NCBI GenBank assembly: GCA_020891255.1
Contig: BQFW01000014.1
Location: forward strand, 1,302,001-1,366,000
Direction of reading: 5' to 3'
Length of the DNA: 64,000 nt
Source: Entomortierella parvispora E1425
Taxonomy: Eukaryota; Fungi; Mortierellomycota
Part shown: piece by piece, positions 1-10,838 of the stretch
Layout: the number at the start of each line of letters is the position of its first letter
Numbering within the stretch: the first letter of the stretch is position 1
Notes under the pieces: generated by a model
The model's input: the letters and a program-made list of their open reading frames with translations, nothing else
Databases searched by the model: none
What the model was told of the DNA's origin: nothing
Made by a program: the position numbers and the translations under genes

Positions 1-2
1 CA

Positions 3-404
3 TCTGGAACAGAGTCAGAGTCAAGTACTGCATCGCACCAGCCACGAACGCCTGCTCTGAAGAGAAAAACTGCTCAAGCCCAGTTGGTTTTGAACATGCA
101 AGCTGCAATGGCAAATGGAGCGAAACAAGCAGAAATGCAGGAGCAACACTTCAAATTACAGGAGCAGCATCTCAATGAATGGAAGGAAGATCGTATCGAA
201 AAAAGGAGGAGATTCCAGGAAAAGATGGAAGCGGAAGAAAGGCGACATCTTGCCCAGAGTGCTCAACAAGCTGAACTTTCCGCCTTTTTGAAGAATCAGT
301 CGGAAGCGACCAAGATTCAGGCGGAGGCTGCAGCTAAGACGGCAGAGGCCCTCATGCTGCAAGCTAAGGCCTTCGCTGAAATGATGGCATCCTTCAAAAA
401 ATGA
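3..404 (+). CDS. C-terminal part of the Harbinger accessory ORF (Myb/SANT-type partner by position); coiled-coil tail
   Basis: Frame open from position 3 (SGTESESSTASHQPRTPALKRK...) to TGA at 402-404; E/K/Q/A-rich coiled coil; adjacent and convergent to the transposase. A Myb domain is not visible in the window. Confidence 0.6.
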   Translation, partial: SGTESESSTASHQPRTPALKRKTAQAQLVLNMQAAMANGAKQAEMQEQHFKLQEQHLNEWKEDRIEKRRRFQEKMEAEERRHLAQSAQQAELSAFLKNQSEATKIQAEAAAKTAEALMLQAKAFAEMMASFKK

Positions 405-445
405 CTTTGACATGCTACAGTTCTTCATTGTAATATAATTTTATC

Positions 446-1582
446 TCAAAATAAAACGTTTCTCATTGCTGCTGCACTAATGTACTCTTGTACTGTGGGA
501 GGATTGATATTGAAATATGTGTTCACCTCTCCACCATTGTAGCATGTGTGGATATTGGAAAACAACGCTGCGAATCTATAGTGACCTTCGATCCATGTGG
601 ACAGGAGTCGATGAGTCCGAGGAAAGTCAATTCCCATGAACTGTTGCGTGATGTGTTTGAAGGTCCACTCGATCGTGACACGTAGACTGGACATGACGCG
701 GTTGAATGCGATCTGGTCTGGAGTCAGTCCGTTTCCTCGATAGCCGATCAAAACGTGGCCATTGGCGGTGTAGGCCGAGTCTCCATATATTGCAAGAGCG
801 ACACCGTTCTGATCATACGCAAACTGATCCAGGACTTGCTGAAATCCTGTGCCATCGAATATAGTCATATCGTGGTTGGTTCCTGAGAAGGCTGAGCTGA
901 GGTGCAAGAGAATTCCATCCGGAGCAACAATCCCTTGATACTTAACGCAATGATGGCACTTGTGTCCACTGTACATCGCCTGCTGATTAATAGTGGGCAT
1001 TTGTATCTCTCGAGCTGTTCCATCGACGAAAGCGAAGACGTTGTTGCACTGTCCTCCGCTGGCATGGTAACAAGCATCGGCATACTCGCTCAACTTCTCC
1101 CTGGTCAAGCGATGTTCGTCCCAATACAAAAGTCGATCCCACCGCAGCATCACCCATCGAACAATCTGATTTATCAGCCGAGATATCGAGGGAGCAGATC
1201 GTCTAAACATACGCTCCATGCGGTTAAGGCGTTCCGGGAATGACAAGCGATACATCGCCATACATAGAACTGTGAGTGAGTCGACTTTGTCCCTGGATGG
1301 CGTGACAATAAATGGAGGGATCCTTAGCAGACCTATTATCTCCTGTAGTTGCGCACACGTAAAGCGGAACTCTTGGATTGAATAGGTGTCTGAATAAGCC
1401 CGAACGTCGAACGAATGGTCCAGAGGAAAAGGTCGTATTGGTCGAGGAGCATCCTGTTCCTCTGCCTCGTCATCCTGCTCGTCCTCGTCCTCTTCTTGTT
1501 GGTTGAGGATAAAATCCGGATCTAGGAGGCGATACTCAATAGCTTGGTGCGCCAATCCCATTAACAGAGCAAGGTTATACAT
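446..1582 (-). CDS. Harbinger/PIF (HARBI1-like, DDE_Tnp_4) transposase, intronless
   Basis: HTH region (RLSFPERLNRMERMFRRS) and motifs FVDGT, YSGHKCHHCVKYQGIV, GTNHD, YGDSAY, RVTIEWTF; D-D-E triad intact. Likely start is MYNLALL at 1582 (the ORF track extends it to 1669). Confidence 0.93.
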   Translation of the reverse strand: MYNLALLMGLAHQAIEYRLLDPDFILNQQEEDEDEQDDEAEEQDAPRPIRPFPLDHSFDVRAYSDTYSIQEFRFTCAQLQEIIGLLRIPPFIVTPSRDKVDSLTVLCMAMYRLSFPERLNRMERMFRRSAPSISRLINQIVRWVMLRWDRLLYWDEHRLTREKLSEYADACYHASGGQCNNVFAFVDGTAREIQMPTINQQAMYSGHKCHHCVKYQGIVAPDGILLHLSSAFSGTNHDMTIFDGTGFQQVLDQFAYDQNGVALAIYGDSAYTANGHVLIGYRGNGLTPDQIAFNRVMSSLRVTIEWTFKHITQQFMGIDFPRTHRLLSTWIEGHYRFAALFSNIHTCYNGGEVNTYFNINPPTVQEYISAAAMRNVLF

Positions 1583-1770
1583 GTAGCTTGGGTGATTGGA
1601 CGACCTTCGGTGGCCACCAGTGGCAAGTCGGGTGGGTGGACATAGATGTCTCCATGTCGAACTCGACATCAGAACGATCAGATCGAAATCGAAGTCACGA
1701 GATATTCTTAAGGGGAGAAGACCTCCATTTATGAGAAAAAACCTTTTTAATTAGAAACAAAATCAGGCTT

Positions 1771-4295
1771 CTAAGCCACACCCATGCCGTTCAATTGGGC
1801 GTGATTTTCGGGCTGCGAAAAACATCTAATGGCTGACACGTCCCCTCGAATTTGAATGTCCGCCATCGATACTGCCAAAAGGCCTTTGCCCAGTTGCGCC
1901 GCCAACTAAAATTAGTCAAGGATCAAGAATTAGTGGGACTGTTATCATGGTTTTTGAACAACGGAAGCCATGGTGTGCATGTATTACGCACTTGTGCACA
2001 TACCGTTTTGTGCACATCACATGTTCCGTTCTTGTACATCATTTTCAGCTCGCGCTCCAACTGACCAGCTGCTGACTCAAGTAAATCGACAGGAGTGAAT
2101 GGCATCGTGTTATTGGCTCTTGGACAAGGCGGCGGTTCATATAGCCCTAGATGTTTCAAGCGATCGACAAACGAACAGACATCGGCCCTGGTTCGCGGGG
2201 CACCAGTGTAGAGACAGCACAAGAAAGCGAGAGCGAATCCAGACTTTGTGACGGCGCGACCCCCTTTCTTGTTTTTAACAGGACTTGGTCCCTCCTTGCT
2301 ACTTGATTCACTCTCACCCTCATCATCTTCAACCTCCTCAGCCCCGTCGTCGTCAATGATGCCCTGAACCTCATCGCCATCGTCGTCGACCTCGACAGGA
2401 TTGTCTGCGTCATGTTTTATGTTGCTCATATCGACTCTTGGACTGAACTGATCCAGATGTTTGCGATCCTCTTCCGTAACTCCATTGCGGTCCACATACT
2501 CGATGAAAGTCCCAATCAATACCTGCGCCTGACGTTTGACCCGCGTTGCCTCCATTACAGCGGCTTCTATAACTGTGACAACTTCATACTGGAGACTGTC
2601 TTCGTCCTCAAGAGCGAGCTTGACATTAGCCGCCAAAGTCCCAATGGATAATGAGGATGTCGGATGTTGATACCGCATGGATCGGATGACACCAATCTTC
2701 TCCGTCTTTGCAGGCTCCACAAAGCTCTCCAGTGTTCTCAGCGGTGCCTTTGGTTTCGGTGCTGGCTGTGCCTTGTCAGGCTTTGGATCCTGTTCTTTGT
2801 GTGGCTTCCACGTATATTGCTTCATCTTCGGAGGAGGTGGACGCTTTTTCACCTTCTTGTGCTCGATTCTCTTGAATGAGTATCGTGGACGATTGTTAGG
2901 AATTCGAGTCCTTGGCAACGGGGCATGACTCTCTTGTTCCTCCAAGGAAGAACCGCCTTGGGGAGAAAGTATGAGCGACGCGCAATTCTCTTCGTTAGCT
3001 GGTTGGACACGAGGAGGGGTCCGAATGAAGGCTGGCGACTCCACCGTTCTGTATCGGTTCTTGGTATGAGAAGACTTCAGACGTACGATCTCGCGGTTGC
3101 AGATCCTAGTACGGGAGGATGAAATGTGTATTAGTTAAACTATTGTAGTTGATAGCGATACTCTATGTAAAAATAAAAGGAAACTTCCTAATACCTGTCC
3201 AGGGGGCGGATCTTCTTCATTTCCTCATAACGCGAACATATAGATCTGAATTTGCTTTGAAGGGTTTCAAATGAAGGGTTGGAGGTTGTGGTATCGTCGT
3301 GGGAGACAACTGGAGCGGGTTGGATGGGGACAGGTGTTTGCTGCTTGTTCACAAACACTTGAATAGAGATCCTAAACGTCTGCCCCTCCTTGTTTTTGTT
3401 TGAGACTACAACATGACCCAGATATGCCGTGACGATGGACTCGATATCTAAAATAATTTATAAGAAATGAGGGAATAATTAATCCAGCTGTCAATGAATA
3501 TCATGCGTGTTTTGCATGAGATTTACCTGGAGAACAAATGCCCTTGATAAGCGAGTAGTTTGTTATGGGACCAAGTGAGTAAAGATTCCTGTTGTAGTCG
3601 TTGCGAGACACAATGGCGAGTGCGGTGAGCTGCGCCCGACTCAGCTGGAGCGCAAGGCAAACGTTGGCAAGCTTATACTCGAGTAGCACGTGTTTGGAGA
3701 CTGGACGCCATAAAGTTGAGACTGTGTTGTAAGCCAAAAAGTCGCTGTCCTGAGATATAACGATGTCATCCGGCTGACAATCGACGGCAATAGCAACATC
3801 GGCTTCTGTTTTGCAGATCTGTACACACCAACCAGCGTCCTCCATGTATTTCACAAATGACCTTCGGTCATCTAAACTCCAGTAAAAGGTTGCAGCGAGA
3901 GTCGATCTGGCGTCAGAAAAATGACGTTTTCTTGGACGCGAATTCTGGTTGATGAGGTCCTCCAGATTCTGCAGGCTTTTCATGCACTTGGCAGCTGCAA
4001 CCGTCCGAGACTCTTTGCGACGCCTAGCTGTTTCTTCCTTTTCCAACGCCTGCTGTCCGTCGATGTACAATACCAGATTTGACTTGGAGCCAAACCTCGC
4101 CAAATGCCGTTCGAGGATTTTGTGGGCATCCTCAGGCTTACAGCGGGAGTACGCGTTTCTGATTATGCAAAAGAACGAGAGCACATCTATTCGTGCCTTG
4201 CGAACACCCAGGTCCTGTATCATTACGGATGTGTGTATAACCCTGGGCGTATACCCCCGTTTTCTTAGAAAGGGGAACCAGCCTTTAAGGCCCAT
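1771..4295 (-). pseudogene. 4-exon XPG/FEN1-like PIN nuclease gene with a long extra C-terminal region, truncated by the Harbinger insertion
   Basis: Exons 4295-3527, 3447-3195, 3105-2004, 1905-(1828) join in frame through GT-AG introns (phases 1, 2, 0). Starts MGLKGWFPFLRK; motifs RIDVLSFF, LYIDG, EKEET, TEADVAIA, SQDSDFLAY and helix-turn-helix SRNDYNRNLYSLGP. After about 734 aa (...DIQIRGDVSAI) the frame runs into transposon sequence and stops at 1771. Confidence 0.8.
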
Positions 4296-4639
4296 GATGA
4301 GGATCAATGAGATGCCGGACCGGCAATGGAAGTATGGATGAGTAATCAGTGGTGAATGCACGAAAAGCGAGAGCGGGGCCAACAAGTAGGACAGCAGAGC
4401 TCTGAGGTGGAAGACGGGGTCAAGAAAGTCTGCTTGCGAGTTCTTGAACATGCTGCGACGCGCCATGCCCACCCACGTGACATCGTAAGGAATGACGTCT
4501 CTGTATTTTGAAAAATCGACATTTATGGTAGGCTCGTTGTCCATTGCCTCTCAAGTTTCGACTCTTTACCCTTCCGTACCTTCTCGATAACCATATTCAG
4601 TTGCTATCCGGTTCTGCAGCCCTCGGCCCAAAACTCAAG

Positions 4640-4690
4640 TTGTCACTCCGCGCGCGACCAGACAGGAAGTAGTCACTGCGGAGGTGACAA
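4640..4690. repeat. Inverted repeat / hairpin
   Basis: ttgtcactccgc (4640-4651) pairs with gcggaggtgacaa (4678-4690) with a 1-nt bulge; a partial third copy gtcactgcg lies at 4672-4680. Confidence 0.6.
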
Positions 4691-4776
4691 GGAGCCACAT
4701 CAAGCAGGCGAGGGGTTGTCACGGTCATACAAGGCAGGGACAAGAGGGACAAGGAAAGGTATGGTTTATTGGGAAT

Positions 4777-5077
4777 TGTGAATTGCAGACTGGGGGATAA
4801 GGAAGATATCAAAGAGGATTATACAGTAGGGAGTAAGGCAGGCCTCGATCTAGCCCAGATCAGGTCCAGGCCGACATCGAGAGGAAATGCAATAGTAAAA
4901 GTGTCACAGAGATGGTCACATGACACTAGCCCTCTCTGGATAGGACGCGACGGTTCTAGATCTCTCCATAGCAACGGAACCGGCGCCTAGGATTACTAAG
5001 GACTTCTAGAAGAGTCTTTGTAGCTCAATATAAAAGATACAGTACAACAACGAATAAACATTATCAATTACTTACCA
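4777..5077 (+). mobile_element. Candidate solo LTR (301 bp)
   Basis: TG...CA termini flanked on both sides by gaat (4773-4776, 5078-5081); TATAAAAG near 5029 followed by AATAAA near 5053; purine-rich tract just upstream. No second copy in the window. Confidence 0.35.
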
Positions 5078-5810
5078 GAATACGATCACCCTGACCCTGT
5101 TTCCCCGTCCTGACCTCTTCCTCTCCGCCCGTCCCAGATAAACTTAGCCCAAGTTTATTACAAAAAGATTGAATGATGTTTATTGATATGAAGTCCGGGG
5201 TATTTATACTAAAGGTTGCGGTGGTGGCAATGGTGGTAGTGGTTGTAGTTGACCATTTGGTGTGGCTCTGAAGGCGCTGCGCGGTCAGTCTGATTTGACT
5301 GGGAAATATCGTCGATATAAACCGTGATCCTTGATGGGGAGATGAAGTAGCGAGACAAAGATGTGGATCTTTATTCTGATGTCCCACAGGAACAAATAGT
5401 CCTGAGGGCAAAGGTCAGGATATGTGGACGAGGTAAGGCACGTGACCTCGATATGGATCATTCACTGTTGCACGCAGCACGAGGTCTATTTGTTTGCATC
5501 GTTTGAATAAGAGAGAACTTTAGGCACAAAACACCCCACACAACACACGAAAAACAAACCCCCCAAACCCGATGGTGAGCGAACAAGGTGGAAGCTCATC
5601 AACTTTGTCCTTGTTACCAAAGTTGGACCAAGGTAAAACCCATTGGTCCCCAGGGCGGCATAAGGACGCCCCTGCATTACAATATATCACATGATACGCT
5701 GAGGCACGTGATCCCTTCTTTTTTTTTTGGATGCATGCATGCTTCTGTTCATCTCACACCCCAACACTTTCTCTCCCCTCATTGACAACCTCATATACAC
5801 ACACCATCTC

Positions 5811-7192
5811 ATGGACCGAACTTCCGAATTTTTTGCCACAGTAGAGTCTCTGCGCTCACGGGCCCAGCCAAACATTCCATCCGACAAACGCAGACTTCTC
5901 TCCCCCATCGAACAACAGTCTGCATCGTCTGGACATGCAGATAGACAGAGGTCCGACTTTGCCGTCATGGCCTCACTCATCGGCAAGGACATTCAGGCCA
6001 CCGCTGCCAAGCTCCAAAAATTGGGCAGGCGTAAGTCATAATGTCTACCAAAGGAGGAATGGGTCCGCATGCTGCAGACCAAGGGTTTCCATCTGACTCA
6101 TTTCTGTGTTCTTCAACGGCTGAACTAATGTGTTCATGTGCGCATGATAACTTTCCACTCCAATTTAGTGGCGAAACGCAAAACGCTGTTTGATGACCGC
6201 CCAGTGGAGATTAGCGAGTTGATGTACATTATCAAGCAGGACATTGCCAAGCTCAACAAACAGATTGCCCTTCTCCAAAACCATGTCAAGGAGCAGAACA
6301 GCAAGGCCAGCCATGGCAGCAAGCAGGCCATGGAGCATAGTTCCAACGTCGTCGTCATGTTACAGTCGAGACTTGCCGCTCAAACCTCGACCTTCAAAGA
6401 AGTTTTGGAACTCAGGACAGAGAATATGAAAGCTACCAAGGATAGGCGTGAGCAGTTCATGTTCACAACGCAACAGCAGGCCAACACCTTGTCAAGTAAG
6501 AACGAACGCCTTTGTCCCGCACCTCTTACTGTTCATCCGCATGATAGCTGTTTGTTCCTGTTTACTTAATGATTGTCATTTCTTTTTGTTTACGAATTAG
6601 GCGATTCTCCATTGTACAACCTCGACCGACGACCCGCCACCTCCAGTAGTCAACCCGCCAACAACATGCTCTCGCTCGATCTCTCAACACCCTCTCAGAA
6701 CTTGCAGCAGCAGGAGCAGGTTCAACTTGTGGACGCCAACAATCAGTATATTGAAAGTAGATCGACAGCTATCGAGTCCATTGAATCTACACTACACGAA
6801 CTTGGTGGAATCTTTCAACAGCTTGCACAGATGGTCTCTGAACAACGGGACATGGTGCAAAGGTATGTTGATCTTGTGAAATGAAACATCAGGGGGCGAA
6901 CAACAGCACTAGGGGGAGATGGCCCAAAGATGAGTGCAGCCCTCCTCCTCCCCGGCTAAGGACGCCCAATTAGTCTGCATTTGGAAGAGTGGTCGTCTAA
7001 TATGAGCCTGCTATTTCTTGTTTGTTTTCGTTTAGAATTGACGCCAACACGGATGATATTGAATCGAATGTAACGGGCGCACAGACGGAACTGCTCAAGT
7101 ATTACAGCTACGTATCCTCGAATCGCTGGCTGATGGTCAAGGTCTTTGCCGTGATTATCTCGTCTGCAGTAACGCTTTCGGTGCTGTCATGA
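5811..7192 (+). CDS. SED5: Syntaxin-5 / cis-Golgi t-SNARE, multi-exon
   Basis: MDRTSEFF N-peptide, LAKRKTLFDDRPVEISELMYIIKQDI, SNARE motif RSTAIESIESTLHELGGIFQQLAQMVSEQ...RIDAN, C-terminal TM MVKVFAVII; canonical introns. Confidence 0.95.
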
Positions 7193-7489
7193 GTCTTTCA
7201 AATCCCCACTGACCATAAAAACGAATACAACAATAACAACAACACACATACCTTCATTGAACGACCACCCCTTTCCTTTATGATCCTTGCCACGAATAAT
7301 AAAAAAGTTGAAATTTATACCCGTAAAAAAAAGGAAGGGAGTGACTGCTTGTCCAAGTGTTTTGATTTTTTTTTTTTTCTTTTTTTGCATGTAGCATTGA
7401 CCCCAGGCCATCGCATCTCTTTCTCTCCTGCACATACACCAACACCTCTCTCCATCCCTCCCACCTCCCACTCTAATCTCAACAATAAC

Positions 7490-10306
7490 ATGGTGGCTGT
7501 CGCAGAGAGAAGAGTCCGCGGTTCCCGTGGAAAAAAGAACAAGTCTGAAAAGTCCAACGACAAACCCGCTTTTGACTCGAACCCTGGCAAGACCTTCCAG
7601 CGCTCTCATCAGACAACCTACGACCGCAAGGCCGCTGCTGAAGGTGGCGACGATGGACGCCCTGCTCGCCCCGATCGCCGTGAACAGATTGATGCCGCCG
7701 CTATTTTCGGATTTATTGACCCTGATGTCCAGCAGTACTTCAAGGGTGTCGAGCAGACCCTGGATGAACTCAACTTTGATACAGCAGAGGGTAGGGTGCA
7801 CATTCGCATATGAAGAGAAAGGATCCTTCTTGACTACAGAGAAGACAGACAACGAGCGAAAGGGAGGCGATGGTTCAACTCTGAGCAAGATATCTAACCT
7901 GTTGTGTTCCTGACTTTTTCTGCCTCTCTAGACCAACAACTGTTCTTGGAAAACGTTTATACCGAAGTCCAGGGCAAGGAGTTGGTGCTTGCCACGGATC
8001 ATTCTTGTTCTCTTGTCCTCGAGAAGCTTCTCCGCGCTTCGAACGACTTTCAGCTTCGCGTGTTCTTTGACAAGTTCAACGGCAACTTTCTCAAGTTGTT
8101 CACGCATCGTTTCGCCTCCCATGTGTGCCAGACTTTGATCACCCTCTGCGCGGATTCTGTCGAGAGAGAGGTCAGGAGCAACGAGCTCAAGACCAAGGAG
8201 GAGCTCGATGTCCCCAAGGAGGATGGTGTCTTGCTCAGCGCCGAGGAACTCATTTTGAACATGTGCCGTCAAACCCAGGAGGAATTCACTGCTTTGATCT
8301 CGGATCCTTTTGCCTCGCATATCATTCGTGTTCTCCTCTATGTTTTGGCCGGCCGAACGGTCGCGGACGACGGTACTGGAAAGGGAAACGTCCGGAGTAA
8401 GAAATCAGCAAAGTACAACGACGCCAACAACAGCAAGACCAACGCTGGAGCCTTCCGCCCCACTCGTTTAGTCCCCCCCTCGTTCAAGGAGATGTTGAGA
8501 ACTATTACCTCGACCATGATGAACGGTCTCAGTGCTTCGATCGTCCGCTCTTTGGCTGTTCACCAGGTCGCCAACCCAGTTTTGCAGTTGCTTCTTGAGG
8601 TGCTTGCCAAGGATGATGAGGCTGCCAAGGATGAGTTGGTCGACAAGTTGTTGATGGACATTACCCGGGAAGAGGAGCCCGGCCACAAGAACAATGATCG
8701 GGATGCCTATGTGGAGACCCTTCTTCGTGACCAGGTCGGATCCCATTTGTTGGAGAAGATTGTCCAGGTCGCGTCCCCAGCCCTGTTCCAAAAGTTTTAC
8801 ACTTCGTACTTCCGTGGTCGTCTGGTCAAGTTGTCCCATCACCCTATTGCCAACTATGTGATCCAGCAGTTCTTTGTCCACGCCAAGACCCCTGTCCAGC
8901 TCGAGATGATGGTGTCGGAGGTTTTGCCCGCTTTCGAGGACTTTTTGAAGTACGGTCGCCCAGGTGTGATCCGTGCTGTGGTCGAGGCTTGCAAGAACGT
9001 TGGAGCCTGTCATAAGGAGGTCATCAAGGGACTCTGCACCGCCTTCCATACCAACACAACGATCGAGCGCAAGGAGTTTTTGCACGTGGTCTTGCACATG
9101 GAGACCTACGAAACGTTGGTGGAGCGTCGGGAGCAGCAGGAGTCTCCTGCAGTCAAGCCAAAGTTCCATCCCCAGGGAGCAGTGATCTTGCAGTTGTTGC
9201 TTCAGTTCCCTGAGGAGCATTCCAAGATTGTCGTGGACAGTTATTTCGCGCAAAAGGAAGAGCTCATGTACGCCTGGACCATGGACCCCACCGGATCTCA
9301 CGTCATTGAGGCTTTCTTGACCTCGCCTACTCTCAACTTGAAGGTGAAGAGAAAGATCCTCAAGTCTTTCTTGGGCAAGTACCACTCGATGGCCTTGGAT
9401 CGTTATGGAGGCCACACTGTGGACAAGTGCTGGGCAGTCTCTGATATCGAGATGAAGGAAAAGATTGCGACCGAGTTGTTGGAGCATGAGCAGGCCTTGT
9501 CGCAGAGTTTCCATGGCAAGTTCATCTTGCGTAACTGTAAGATTGACCAGTTCAAGCGCAAGAAGGAAGAGTGGGTGGAGCGCGAGAAGGGTATTGAGCG
9601 CAAGAAGGATATGTTCAAGGATATTCTGGGCGATGCTGTCCTGGCGACTGCTCATGGCAAGCAAGCGGCCATGAATGATACCACGGGAAGCGCAGAGATG
9701 CCTGCACCCAACCCCAAGATGGCCGAGCTCGGATTCGGTGGTGGAATCGCTGGTGTGAAGACTGTCACCGAGAAGAAGAAGAAAAAGAAGTCAAAGAAGA
9801 CGACTGATGATCCTGATAAGGTAAGCCAAACACGAGAAAGAGAAAGAGAACAGTAAGGAGGGGTAAAACCCCTTCAAATGAGTCCATAACTGATTCCATG
9901 ACGAATATCTTTATACTAACATCACTGGCATACATTTTTTTCTATTCCATAGTTGCTGATCAAGGATGATGATGATGAGAACCAGGTCAAGGAGAAGTAC
10001 AAGTCGGACGAAATTGACAAGCTGTTCAAGAAGCGTGGCGATGGCCCTCGTGGAGGACGCGATGCCGATGGTGATGTCAAGATGGAGTCTGGATCCGACA
10101 ATGATTCTGATTCGGACGAGGACGAGGAGGAGGAGAAGCCCAAGAAGAAGAAGAAGGTCAGCAAGGACCTCAGCTCTGTCCTCGATGCCATTGACGCGAC
10201 CAAGAAGAAGAAGAAGTCCAAGAAGTCAAAGTCCGAAGATCATGGCGAGGAAAAGAAGAAGAGCAAGAAAGACAAGGACAGCAAGAAGCGAAAGTTCATG
10301 TCGTAA
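7490..10306 (+). CDS. NOP9: Nucleolar protein 9 (PUF-like pre-rRNA binding), 3 exons
   Basis: FLENVYTEVQGKELVLATDHSCSLVLEKLL, HRFASHVCQTL, DQVGSHLLEKI, HPIANYVIQ, DPTGSHVIE, GGHTVDKCW; Lys/acidic nucleolar tail. Confidence 0.93.
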
Positions 10307-10838
10307 AAGAAATTATCCCAAAAGAAAAGGGGAGACGGGAATTCATCCATCCTTTTTTCTTGTTCTTTGGTTCTCTCTTATCTTTTTGATCGACATTGAC
10401 ATTGACATTTTTCATCTCTACATTTTTTTTCCCACTCATATTGCCAACCACAATTGTACCATATCATCATGCACTTCAATACAACCAACTATTTCATTGC
10501 GCTTTTCATGTCTTTGTGTTGTGCTATCAAGTTGTCAAGTGTGACTTGTCACTTTGTTCGATTTGTCAGTTGTATGTTTGGTGTTTTATTTTAACTAGTT
10601 TACAGGTGGGAAGAGGCGACAAAGGGCGAAGGGCGAAGGAAATAAAGAAAATGGAACGTCAGGGGAGGGGGGGTGATATGCTACAAAGTAGTCTCAGCCA
10701 TTAACAACAAAACCACGAAAGGACTGGGAACTCAGAAGGGGGTAAACTGAATAGGGTAACGGAATGGGCCGGAGAGACCAGACAAAAAAAGGAACAATCT
10801 CCACGGTCCTGGCAAGGGTCAATCCTGGCTCTTTTTCT

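Larger units (their letters stand above)
1..1826. mobile_element. PIF/Harbinger DNA transposon, left end outside the window
   Basis: Two convergent ORFs (coiled-coil ORF ending at 404 on +, DDE transposase on -) with stops 41 bp apart and AATAAA at 450-455. The right boundary is inferred at 1826 because the neighbouring gene loses family-like sequence exactly there and TAA (the Harbinger target site) sits at 1827-1829. The TIR cannot be confirmed without the left end. Confidence 0.8.

Noticed and set aside
4296-4544. Extending the PIN gene to the ATG at 4544 as the ORF track does
   Set aside because: XPG/FEN1-family proteins begin at the MG(I/L)KG motif (4295), and the intervening stretch is pyrimidine-rich and UTR-like; kept only as part of a low-level finding.
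8468-9664. Long antisense ORF (398 aa) opposite NOP9, and similar shadows over PTP, bZIP, TPT and PP2A
   Set aside because: Antisense shadows produced by codon bias of the real genes; no motifs.
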